NCBI GenBank assembly: GCA_977017575.1
Contig: CDRNVI010000065.1
Coordinates: forward strand, 186,001 to 250,000
DNA length: 64,000 bases
Reading direction: 5' to 3'
From: Paramoeba atlantica
Lineage: Eukaryota > Protista > Discosea
Each line of letters starts with the position of its first letter. Position 1 is the first letter of the stretch. Below are positions 43,133-53,003 of this stretch, piece by piece. Position numbers and translations under genes: made by a program. The notes under the pieces were generated by a model. The model did no database searches. It saw only the letters and a list, made by a program, of their open reading frames with translations, and had not been told where the DNA came from.

Positions 43133-45300
43133 CTGCCCCCCCCCCACTTAAGCGCAACCGGGTTTTCGCCGAAAATTGCGCTTAAGTAGCCGGGTCAGAA
43201 ATATCTCAAGGGGAAAAGATATTTCGGACAAAAAAAACATAAAAAAAGTCGCGCCGCTTCGCGGCGCGGCTATCATCTGTGCCTTTTAGTATTTATGTTG
43301 TCTACTTATGTTTCGTGAGTCATCTTCTAATCGGTGCCGTCTTCAAGCTGTTCCTCACCTTCGTGTCCTCGGTAAGTGCGGGGGGGATGGGATGGGATGG
43401 GATGCAACATGTTTGACGATTCTGTGCATTTGCTTATTGTAGCTATGATTCGTTAAAAGAAACGGAAAATGACTAAAAGTGAAGTTACTCTAAAAAGGAG
43501 ACTGCTTGTAACTTATTTTTTAACAACTTTTGTAGGCCGAGTAATAAATTTATACATGTATATCCATGTATATTTGTGTATGATGCAGTAGAAGGCTGTA
43601 GTAGTACACAGCGGAACGTAATATCATAACAGCACATCGTTCTCAATATAGTATCACGGCGCCCATAGATGTACCCTAAGTACAAATGACATAAAATTAT
43701 ACTCAATGCGAATAATCTCAATCTGTAGCTTCCTTTTCTACACACAATGTCCCAAGTTCTTCGACCATAACACTGACATCCGACTCGGTATCAGAAAAAG
43801 GAGGGTCCGGATCCGTAGGAAACCACTCCGGGCTCAACGTTTTCCCGGTCAAGACATCTTTCGCGTCATTGTTGAACAAAGAACGGTACAAGTTGTTCAC
43901 GACGTGAATAGCGCAATTATTTTCACCGGGAGCCTGTTGCTCGCAGGGTACATAAGAAATGATTCGATGAGCCGTAAAATCATCGACTACGATAGCAGTA
44001 GGTAAACAGGAGTCATTAAAACTTCCCATGTACCGTTGTAGAATTTTAGAGAATATATCTTTTTTGACCCATCCTGAGTCCGATACAAAAACGTACACTG
44101 CGTTCGATAATCCAGTGGAAGCACGAGTAGCCTCAGAGAGAATACGAGATGAAGCCTGCGATTTAGCCTTCGATTCGAAGACAATCGCGGGTGGTAGTGG
44201 CACAACGCTTTTAGAATTAACATCAAATAAGCCTGCCAAGAAAACAGCGACGGTTTCTTTACCGTTAGTTTCAGCAATTTTGGGAGTTTTCGTTCCAATT
44301 TGCGCAAGCGTAATACCACGCATTTCGCCATCGACAAATACTGCGGTTTCATCTCCGAAGAAGACATACGAGTATTTGCGAATACTATGTTGTGCAAAGA
44401 ACTGACGGGACCATCCATGTATGCGCCGAAAAGTGTCTGTTGGTGCAACATAATGCATTCTCCCAATTCTCTGCCAAGTCCATCCGAACACATATCTGAA
44501 GTGTTGGTAGACACGTTCACGTCTCCGTTCCGTCACTTCTTCAGGAAAAACAGAGTGTTTATTCATTAGATCAAAGACGTGATCTTTTGAAATATGAAAC
44601 ATGCCGTTTTGCAACGCCAGTAAATCCCTATGAACTAATTCCATAGCGCCCTGGCGCTCTGCGTTGAAACCATGTTCTCTTTTCCTTGATGCACCACCTC
44701 GATTCAAATGCTTCTGATAGTGTTGTACACCATTCTTTCGAATCCTTGTAATGGTCGATAACGCGGTCCCATACTTTTTTGCAAGCTTTTTGTTTGAGCA
44801 AGAAGATCTACAAATCGAAACCTTCTCTTGCATTGTCAAACTACGCTGAGAAGTGGGGCGAACTTCTGGAGTACTTGGAAGCGATGGTGCTGCTGGAGCT
44901 GACGCGACATGACAGTTCGCCAATTGACCGATACGGGGATGTGGCTCCTGTATCCGTACCCAGTTAGTCAATTTTCTAGTTTGTGCTGAGGATTGAGCTG
45001 AGGGTGGGGAGCGCAATGAAGGGGGTTGAATAGGGGGGGTGACATTCTCTTCTGAGGATTGAGCTGAAGGTGGAGAGAGAACCATGATGGAAAAAACCAA
45101 AGAAATAAAAAAAAGCTAGCCAGAGTGTAATGAGTCGATGAACAAAAAATCGTACATGCCATAAAAAAATATAAAACAATATATACTACCCATAAAATGA
45201 CCAAGTATAAAACCATCCTCTAAAAAAAAGGTGTTCGTCATGCCTCAATATTGCGCTTAAGTAGACGTGTCAAACGGTTGCGCATAAGTGGGGGGGACAG
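43133..45300 (-). mobile_element. pogo/Tigger-family DNA transposon
   Basis: TA|CTG(C/T)CCCCCCCACTTA(A/T)GCGCAACCG TIRs at both ends; subterminal TTGCGCTTAAGTAG repeats at about 43176 and 45251. Confidence 0.88.
43718..45100 (-). CDS. pogo/CENP-B-like transposase, apparently lacking the third catalytic motif
   Basis: HTH (LTMQEKVSIC...KKLAKKYGTALSTITRIRKN), FFGDET, LPPAIVF, SGWVKKDIF, VVDDFTAH; no P..T..LQPxD motif follows. Confidence 0.8.
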   Translation of the reverse strand: MVFSIMVLSPPSAQSSEENVTPPIQPPSLRSPPSAQSSAQTRKLTNWVRIQEPHPRIGQLANCHVASAPAAPSLPSTPEVRPTSQRSLTMQEKVSICRSSCSNKKLAKKYGTALSTITRIRKNGVQHYQKHLNRGGASRKREHGFNAERQGAMELVHRDLLALQNGMFHISKDHVFDLMNKHSVFPEEVTERRRERVYQHFRYVFGWTWQRIGRMHYVAPTDTFRRIHGWSRQFFAQHSIRKYSYVFFGDETAVFVDGEMRGITLAQIGTKTPKIAETNGKETVAVFLAGLFDVNSKSVVPLPPAIVFESKAKSQASSRILSEATRASTGLSNAVYVFVSDSGWVKKDIFSKILQRYMGSFNDSCLPTAIVVDDFTAHRIISYVPCEQQAPGENNCAIHVVNNLYRSLFNNDAKDVLTGKTLSPEWFPTDPDPPFSDTESDVSVMVEELGTLCVEKEATD

Positions 45301-45765
45301 TAATACGGCAAAAAAATCTAGACTGTAAAATGCATGGCCACGAGGGCGGACGAGGATCCTTGCGTAATCCTTGAAGTGTAACACCAGGGGCAGACGACAT
45401 CGCGCCTACCGAGACGTTGCCCACCCAAGCTTTAAAACATTTGTCTACAATCGTTAGAAAAAAATTGATGATTGCGACAGGCGAACGACCAGTGGAAGGA
45501 GTGCGGTTTTTCGTCCGAAAGACGAGCCCAACGAGCCCACGCAGATGGTCGAGGAAAAGATTCGGAAGGAAGGGCTGAAGCTGTGGGGTGTGTGGTCTGA
45601 CGAGCAGGATAAGGAGTACCCCTTCCAGTTTAACGAGTTAAACTAAAAGGAACCGAATTACAACAAACAAAAAGAGTACAAGTTGCTTTAAATTATGATC
45701 AGGAAACTGAGCGTGTCATATTTTCAGACGAAAAAATATTAGATACACGAATTTTTGATACTAAC

Positions 45766-45999
45766 AACCCAAGGTAAAGTGGACGAGGGAGATACCAACA
45801 GTGTAGGTACGGCAATTTCCACAGAAAAAACAGTGTCTCCACCTTTTTAGGCGCCTGTCTTCATGCCATAAGGGAGATACTGTTTTTTCTGTGGAAACTG
45901 CCGCACCTACACTATTGGTATCTCCCAACAACAACAACAACAACAACAATAACACTGATATTTCAGTTGGTATCTCCCTCGTCCACTTTACCCTGGGTT
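45766..45999. repeat. Foldback element, GGGAGATAC family
   Basis: 34-bp terminal IR AACCCA(A/G)GGTAAAGTGGACGAGGGAGATACCAAC with 1 mismatch, plus a ~55-bp internal IR (about 45786-45840 vs 45873-45926) and a (CAA)n tract. Confidence 0.88.
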
Positions 46000-46122
46000 A
46001 CACAGTAAAAACATGTTCCCTAGGACTCCTTAGAGCTTCCCACGCGCGGAAGTCGTCGTCGCTGCGGCAAAAAGGCTCCACCTTCTGCTTTTGGCCTTGC
46101 GCCTCCTCCTTCCTCTACGGCC

Positions 46123-46392
46123 TTGCGTATCCCACACTTCCAGTTGAAAAAAGCATATGTGGCAAAATGGGGTTTGCAAATCGCTTCCGAAGGCGGGGTC
46201 TCGAGTCGTCCAAAAGGTACGTTTTTCTTTCTTAAAAGCCGAATGAAAGAAATTTTAAAGCATTGGCCTCCCAATTCACCAGATCTTTCCCCCATAGAAA
46301 ATGTATGGTACATGGTCCAAGTGGCCGTGGACGAACTTGCTCCGTCGGATAAGCCTTCTTTCATACCCTGTGTAAAAAAACGAGCGGTGTAG
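46123..46392 (+). pseudogene. Tc1/IS630 (DD34E) transposase C-terminal fragment
   Basis: HWPPNSPDLSPIENVW motif, followed by a duplicated GATTGATAGGACGGTGT. Confidence 0.8.
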
Positions 46393-46930
46393 ATTGCCAC
46401 AAAAAGTGATTGATAGGACGGTGTTTGGATTGATAGGACGGTGTTTTCTCCTTTGTGTGATGTGAAAGCTGACGAAATTACCTAGCTACAGATACCCTAA
46501 AAAACAGAAAAAAAGACGAAAAAAAAGTGACAAAAAAAGTGGCGCCGCTCCGCGGCGGCCGGTCGGATTTGTCCATAGTAAGGGGGGGGATCCCCCCTGT
46601 CTAAATTAAAGGGGGGGTCACAGTACATATCTTCTACTTATCTTCTTCACAGTACTATATCTTCTACACATACGTATTCGTGTTACTATAGTGGCAGACG
46701 TTCGTATACCCACTTGTGAAACAGTAAATAAGCAAATGCCACAACTATCTCAACGTGTACGATACACAGTCCACGGATTTCTACAAAGGGGGTCTCCCTC
46801 TGGTCACTACTGCGGATGAAAAAAACAGCGAAAACTTTTTCGAGATCTGTCGTATGGCGAAGGTATTAGGCCAAAAACTCTTACGGTGCTCTCCATGGCC
46901 TGGGGGGCCTGGACTGTATGTACAAACACG

Positions 46931-48298
46931 TCACGCACGGTTCAATTGGCGTAATAAACGTAGCACAATTTCGTAATTCCAAATTCCAGTAACATCGCAT
47001 TCTGTGAGGTCGCCGCGTAATTGCTCCGGAAGATGTAATGGTGTAAATAGCATAATAAGACAAACTGAAATGTTATGCCATTGTGCGCTTGTCATGACTT
47101 TTACGAATTTCAAATCGGTGCACACCAAGTGTACGATGTCGCAAACAATATTTCGCACATCGCGCAGTACCACAGAAAGTTCTTCCTTTGAAAGCAAGTA
47201 AAGGCGCAAACCTGCATTCAAAAATACCGTGAAGTAAGAAGGGTCTGCATCTTCACGTAGTTTCTGAAGACATATCGTCTCCCACTCACGCAGAAGAACG
47301 TGAATTTTGTTTTCGCTGTGCAGTGCAGCATGGAGACGTGTACACTCATTCTCAACTACCTGACTAATGCTTTGCGGTGTTTCCGTCAAAGGTTTTATTC
47401 TGTCTTTGGGTGAAGTAATGCCCATATCGCATTCATATTGCGTCGCACTATACTCTATTCCCTTCTCTGTGAGATTTTCACACGATTCTTTAGATATTTT
47501 GTTTTCTAAAGGTTTAGATTTATCATTTAACGACAGACTCCCCGATACAATCGACCACCGAATCGGTGAACTTCGCTTTTGTTTTCCTATGAGGTCCAGA
47601 CAATGAGTTTCAATGCATACTAGAAGAGATAATGGTGTTAAATTTCTCATATGGCTTTCAACATTACTTCGAAAGAGGTTTATAATTGAAAGAAAATCAC
47701 CGGACTGAGAGCATGCTGCCTCTTCTGCAAAATGTCTAAGGAACGTCGAGAATTCCCATAATACTTTGATTTGACGTGTAGGAGGGTGCTGAATGTCCAG
47801 GGCCCACGTCAACAGAGTAAGCACGTTACAAAGACTTGTATGAAGGGCATATTCTCTACCTTCCTCAATACTCAGCGTTAGTGATTGACAATAAGAACGT
47901 AAGTAAGAAAAGCTTTTAGCCTCTATTCGTAAATTCGGTTCTTTGTTGCAGTGCTCAGAAATTGATTCATCGCGATCATTTTTGTCTCGTTCCGAAGAGG
48001 CTAGGTACTGTTCGCGCGTATCAGATTGAGAGTCCTTTAAACTTTGTAATACTGCTTCGTAGAACGATCCGCAATATATAGGATGAGATACCCACTGACG
48101 GAATTCTCGAATTGTATTAGTGCAGTACGCAGAAAAATGGGTCTTTGGCGCGCTATTTAGCAGTATATCCTCCAGAATGTGAATTCTATCGCTTGTTATA
48201 CTCTTAGTGCATTTTCTGAACTCAGTGCCTTTGGAATCATTTTCAAACATTCGATAAAAAACGTGGAAACCACTACAATTGAGATAAACTTGAAGCAT
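46931..48298 (-). CDS. Hypothetical protein
   Basis: 455-aa ORF on the cluster strand; helical composition; no recognised motif. Confidence 0.65.
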   Translation of the reverse strand: MLQVYLNCSGFHVFYRMFENDSKGTEFRKCTKSITSDRIHILEDILLNSAPKTHFSAYCTNTIREFRQWVSHPIYCGSFYEAVLQSLKDSQSDTREQYLASSERDKNDRDESISEHCNKEPNLRIEAKSFSYLRSYCQSLTLSIEEGREYALHTSLCNVLTLLTWALDIQHPPTRQIKVLWEFSTFLRHFAEEAACSQSGDFLSIINLFRSNVESHMRNLTPLSLLVCIETHCLDLIGKQKRSSPIRWSIVSGSLSLNDKSKPLENKISKESCENLTEKGIEYSATQYECDMGITSPKDRIKPLTETPQSISQVVENECTRLHAALHSENKIHVLLREWETICLQKLREDADPSYFTVFLNAGLRLYLLSKEELSVVLRDVRNIVCDIVHLVCTDLKFVKVMTSAQWHNISVCLIMLFTPLHLPEQLRGDLTECDVTGIWNYEIVLRLLRQLNRA

Positions 48299-48446
48299 GT
48301 AACATTAATTTGGCCAAAAATCAAGACCGAAGGGAACAAGGAACAACAAAGAGAATGATGTTCGTACCTTTGTGAAGAATCTTTTACATAGTACTTGCTG
48401 ATCAAATAAAAAGTAGCGTCGTTGAATTATTTCTAGATTCCCACGT

Positions 48447-49364
48447 TTAATCGCTTACGTAATTTTTCAACATGCTGATGTGCTGTTCCGCCTCATGTAA
48501 GTCTTTTTCTAATCGTCGTACGATTTCCTTTCTATCCTCTTGCGGTAGGGAAACGAACGTTTTCGTCTGAATGTTCTCGCCAAACAGTTGTAGTAGAAAC
48601 GGAACATCGTGCGATTTCTGTGACTCATTCTCTATACCAGACCTGCAACATCTTCCTGCAGAGAAGTCCGAAGTGTTGGAAGGACCCGATGCCAAAATCA
48701 CAATCTTCAAGAGAGACTCCGTGTTGATCCCTAATTGGCAAGGCATCCTTTCATCGGTAACTAATTCTCCGTTGAGGAACAAGGCCATCGAGGAAACCTT
48801 GTGCCCCGTAATTGACTGCATGGCCATTTTAAGCATTCGTGATGATAGCCGAGAAGGGTCCTCTCGCATTGATAAGTTATAAACTTTTTTGCTTTCTGGG
48901 GTAACAACCAACACGGAGAGCGCATTAGAGGATGGAGATCTATTCGGAGAAATTTTGCCATTCTTGATGCCCGCCCGTGTATTGTCTGGTCTTATACGTG
49001 GTATAGAAGGTACAGGCAAGCCATTCGGTAGAACAGAGCTCAAGTTTGAAATATGGGACATACATGTACTCCCTGTTTCGGGATCAAAGTCTTTTTCCGC
49101 TTTTGCAAAAGATGGGGCTCCCGAAGGGAGACGTCTCGGCCGCCGTTTGGAGAGCTGTGGGGTGTCATAATTCGAAACAAATGCTGTGGATATCTGACTT
49201 CTAACTGGTTCTTGTTCTACAGTTGCAGATTTCGACGTTATATTACCTCGCCAGATGACAGGTAAGGAATCCGCTAAAGGCAGAGATTTGACTTCTATGG
49301 GGATGTCACTGCCTGAGAAATCTGAACCCTGCATAAGGAGTAGAAAAGCGGTGGTAGACAACAA
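48447..49364 (-). CDS. Ubiquitin-like-domain protein with C-terminal coiled coil
   Basis: Beta-grasp-like segment VLVVT...YNLSM...MLKMAMQSITGHKVSSMALFLNGELVTDE....QLGI....LLKIVI. Confidence 0.6.
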   Translation of the reverse strand: MLSTTAFLLLMQGSDFSGSDIPIEVKSLPLADSLPVIWRGNITSKSATVEQEPVRSQISTAFVSNYDTPQLSKRRPRRLPSGAPSFAKAEKDFDPETGSTCMSHISNLSSVLPNGLPVPSIPRIRPDNTRAGIKNGKISPNRSPSSNALSVLVVTPESKKVYNLSMREDPSRLSSRMLKMAMQSITGHKVSSMALFLNGELVTDERMPCQLGINTESLLKIVILASGPSNTSDFSAGRCCRSGIENESQKSHDVPFLLQLFGENIQTKTFVSLPQEDRKEIVRRLEKDLHEAEQHISMLKNYVSD

Positions 49365-49595
49365 CCCCCTTATCGAGTCAGACAGTAAAATTTAGTTCCG
49401 CAGACGTAGCCAAGAACGTTCCTCATAGAAAATGACGAAAATAGTGCCTAACCTAGCATAAAAAAATAGAAGCATGATAAAGAAAACACCTCACAACAGC
49501 AACGTACCTCTTGACATATCATACGGGACTCAGGAATCTAACCCTCACAAAAAAGAATACAACCACGAGGTTTTCTCAACCCCCTTTCCTCCCCC

Positions 49596-50168
49596 CTACC
49601 CTTTCACCACATTCCTCGTACTCCTCTCCACCCGTATCACTCGATTATGAAAATACTGCTCGTCCATCGCCGCTATCGCCCGCTCCGCCTCCCCCACACT
49701 CCCATACCCCACCAACGCCGTCCCCCGACTCCTCCCCGTCACCCCATCCCGATACACCACCGGGAGCTCCACCAACCCCCCAAACCCGCGGAACGTCTCC
49801 GCCAGGACCGCCTCATCCACCCCAGGGTCCAACCCCGTGATATGGATATAGGAGACCTCCCCGGAGCCCCCCCCCTTGACCCCCTCACCCCCCACCCCCC
49901 CGGCCCCCTCCGCGGGCCCCCCCCTCGGGGCCACCCGTAGGGCCTGGTCGTAGAGCCGCGTGCCGTTGAGGACGACACAGGCGTAGGCGGCGTCCCGGGG
50001 GGTGCGGAAGGTGACGAAGGCGAGGGCGCGGTGGGTGCCCTCGAGGGGGTCGCGGGGGAGGGCGAGGGCGAGCACGGGGCCGGCCTGGGTGGCGAGCTCC
50101 CAGAGAAGGGACTCGTCGACCCGGGGGTGGAGGTTGGAGAGGGCGACGGTGTCGGGGGGGACGGACAT
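49596..50168 (-). CDS. SF3B4: U2 snRNP SF3b subunit 4 (SAP49/Hsh49), two RRMs
   Basis: RRM1 NLHPRVDESLLWELATQAGPV...LPRDPLEG...YACVVLNGTRLYDQALRV; RRM2 GLDPGVDEAVLAETFRGFG. Confidence 0.88.
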   Translation of the reverse strand: MSVPPDTVALSNLHPRVDESLLWELATQAGPVLALALPRDPLEGTHRALAFVTFRTPRDAAYACVVLNGTRLYDQALRVAPRGGPAEGAGGVGGEGVKGGGSGEVSYIHITGLDPGVDEAVLAETFRGFGGLVELPVVYRDGVTGRSRGTALVGYGSVGEAERAIAAMDEQYFHNRVIRVERSTRNVVKG

Positions 50169-50322
50169 GGAGGGGGGGACAGGGGAAAGGGAAAGAGAGA
50201 GGAAAGAAAAAGTGTTTTGGAAGTGAAAAAGGATGAGGGAGAGGGGAGAGATAAGGGAAAGGAAAGGATAGTTTCTTTGTGAGTAAAATAGGGTAAGGTA
50301 GTAAAAAAGGGGGTCAGATTAA

Positions 50323-50604
50323 CCCAATATTGCACACTTTCAAAAAAAATGTATTTTATAATTTTCGATGCCATAAATTTCCCAACACAAAGATACAGTG
50401 CTAAACACAAAGATCAGTGCTAAAACATACAACTCTGCGAGAGCTCTCGAATGCGCTATTATTTACCAAAATTAAACAATTTTTACAAATTTTAGACCCC
50501 CCCCACCACGAGGTTTTCACCCCTGTATCTCAGAACAGAAGTATTGTATGTCCTCAAATATTCTTTTTCGGGGGCGACAAAAATATTTTTTGTGCAATAT
50601 TGGG
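50323..50604. mobile_element. piggyBac-type MITE
   Basis: TTAA|CCCAATATTGCACA ... TGTGCAATATTGGG|TTAA: perfect 14-bp TIR and TTAA TSD (50319-50322 and 50605-50608). Confidence 0.88.
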
Positions 50605-51032
50605 TTAATTCCACCAAAAATGTGAAAGGTAAGGAAAACTTCTTTGCAAGTAAAGAAGGATAAGAAAAAGTAAATACGTTTTGGCATTTAATGGAACTTA
50701 CCCTTCTGTTTCCTTTTTTCCACTCGGAGAAAGGGAAAAAGACAGGAAGACTAAAAAGATTTTTTAAAATACAGTAGTGAATCACTTGGCTATGCGCTAA
50801 ACAAAAGATTATGTAATTGGTGATGAGAAATGCACCTCCACGAAAAGTGTTAAATGTGTTTTATGTGTTGAATGAACATAAAAAGGTGATCATAGAACAC
50901 ATAGGCATGAGGGGTGGGGTTGGTGTAAGGTTTAGAGAGGGAAAGTGAAGGCTTGATGTTTTTTTGTCTATCTACCAAATGTTTGTTTTTTTGTTGTATT
51001 GTGGACTAAAACTAATGTGTGGCATGTGTGGT

Positions 51033-52163
51033 TTATTGTGTAACACGGTCAGATGGATGTTGTGGTATCTCATATAAGATGTATTCTTGATGGCTGTGTG
51101 GAGCAAGAGTGTACAATTTTTCATCTTTTTTCAGAACCGTATAGTAACGACTGCTTAGATGAAGCAGTACACAATTAGCTTGTTGCATTTGGTCGCGAAG
51201 GTTTCGTCCAAATTCCGGTTTTATACCCGTAATGTAATCAATAACATAACTTGCTGAACGAGAGTTTGAGTATTGGGAAACATTAGTGACAACATCAAGG
51301 CATGACGCTGAAACGAGGGGGATTTCAAGAATTGCAAAGAGCAATAGCTCCGTATTACAACTCTCGCTAACTTCATCGAATGTATTGGGAAAGAATCGAG
51401 AAAGCCGATTGATGGATCCATGCAGATCACCCAATAACTTGTCGCATTCAAATGTAAAAAGTTGCTCATTTTGAAGCACAGCGCCAAGAAAAGGAGAAAT
51501 CGCACATAAACCCTTTTTAGCATTTCTATGATACTCTTGAAGCCTTTTGTAGAGAGAACATCCATCAAGAGAAGAGAAACCTTGATATCTCTCTACGATG
51601 ACAATCAATCGATTGCGCAAATAATAAATAAAGAATCTTTCCAATGCAAAGCCGTCAACAAAACTCTGTGAAGAAGTAATTTCGTGTATCTTCATCCTCC
51701 CCTGTAGTATGATTGTATTGACCAGAGCAACTAATACCACTTGGGTATTGGGCTCTAGAATATTAGGAACAGGTAAGGTGGCATTCAAAGGATTGATGAT
51801 ATCTTGGCAAACAGTGGAAACATCTGCAATAAAACTTAGCCTCACAATACAATAGGAAAACTCACTGTTTTGCGATACGCGAGCCTTGCTCGATTGAGGC
51901 AAGGCCTTAAGGACCCCCTTAGCACTAAAGTCAAGCTCGTTGCGGCAGGACCCCCAGTAGGACAGACCCGGACACCCATCAATCTGAAACCACAGCTGAT
52001 CCTCTCGCACGCCTATAACTGTGGCAGGGCCTAAAGGAGTACAGACACGCTGACCATAACGGAAACCAAATGGAGCAGTCGCTGATTCATTGGTGTCAAA
52101 CCGGCATATATCACCCGATTTCGTGATACACACCCTGTCATGAATGGCGTCCTCAGTGAGCAT
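51033..52163 (-). CDS. Hypothetical protein; possible inactive MINDY-1/2-like fold behind an SH3-like N-terminal domain
   Basis: N-terminal PFGFRYGQRVCTPLGPATVIGV..LWFQID; LVALVNTIILQG and VLLHLSSRYYTVLKKDEKLYTL resemble MINDY motifs without the catalytic Cys and His. Confidence 0.5.
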   Translation of the reverse strand: MLTEDAIHDRVCITKSGDICRFDTNESATAPFGFRYGQRVCTPLGPATVIGVREDQLWFQIDGCPGLSYWGSCRNELDFSAKGVLKALPQSSKARVSQNSEFSYCIVRLSFIADVSTVCQDIINPLNATLPVPNILEPNTQVVLVALVNTIILQGRMKIHEITSSQSFVDGFALERFFIYYLRNRLIVIVERYQGFSSLDGCSLYKRLQEYHRNAKKGLCAISPFLGAVLQNEQLFTFECDKLLGDLHGSINRLSRFFPNTFDEVSESCNTELLLFAILEIPLVSASCLDVVTNVSQYSNSRSASYVIDYITGIKPEFGRNLRDQMQQANCVLLHLSSRYYTVLKKDEKLYTLAPHSHQEYILYEIPQHPSDRVTQ

Positions 52164-52528
52164 GGAAGAGCTTCACATCAGTAAACATACTATGCCAGTC
52201 TTTGGTACCTGTGCTAAACTAACAATTAATGTTTCAAAAAAATATATGATCGTACGAATTTTTTTATATTCACTTTCCACCAGTTCTTATCGTATTACTA
52301 CAATGGTAAAATGTACATACATGTATGGTGAAATGTACATGTATATATTTTGTGGCAAACAAGATTTTGGTCGTATAAAGTTAAGTGGGATCATGTGTAA
52401 AGAACGTGGACGGTGCGAAATAGTGAGCAGCTGCGGAGACGCCCTTCAATATTAAAATAAGTCTTGTCAAGATACTGCACGAAGATTTTTTGTTACTCGT
52501 AAATAAGCATAAATTCGTAGATAGAAGC

Positions 52529-52789
52529 TTACTTTAACGTGGGCCATAATTTAGGGTGAGTGCAGACGTCTACACAATGTACAATTTCGAAGTATTGACC
52601 CCAACAATGTGGCTCACGAATAGGTTCAATATCCTTAATACGCTCCATACATTTTTCATACTCTAAAATTTTGGCCAGACATTCATCAGTCTTAAGACAC
52701 TGCTCATCTAGTTCGGGTTTGATATCCACAGGCTCCTCAGACATTAGGTTCCGAGTAAGAGTGAAATAGAGGCTAATAAACTCTAACAA
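52529..52789 (-). CDS. QCR6: Ubiquinol-cytochrome c reductase hinge subunit
   Basis: MSEEPVDIKPELDEQC...YEKCMERI...HCWGQYFEIVHCVDVC...KLWPTLK (twin-Cys helical hairpin). True start probably MSEEP. Confidence 0.9.
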   Translation of the reverse strand: MLEFISLYFTLTRNLMSEEPVDIKPELDEQCLKTDECLAKILEYEKCMERIKDIEPIREPHCWGQYFEIVHCVDVCTHPKLWPTLK

Positions 52790-53003
52790 AAACAGATTTG
52801 GGATAAGGCAGGATAAAATAAAATCTTGAGTATTTTAGAATGTTGTGCCATTGACGAAACAATTTTTTAGCAAATCTGTTTCTCACTGTTTACCGTTCTA
52901 AGTGACAATGGTACAATGAGCGGAAGAAGTTGAAGTTAACTAGTTTTCGGCATCGTTATTGTAGCGATGCGTAGAGAGCCTATACACCCCCCTTGCATAA
53001 GCA

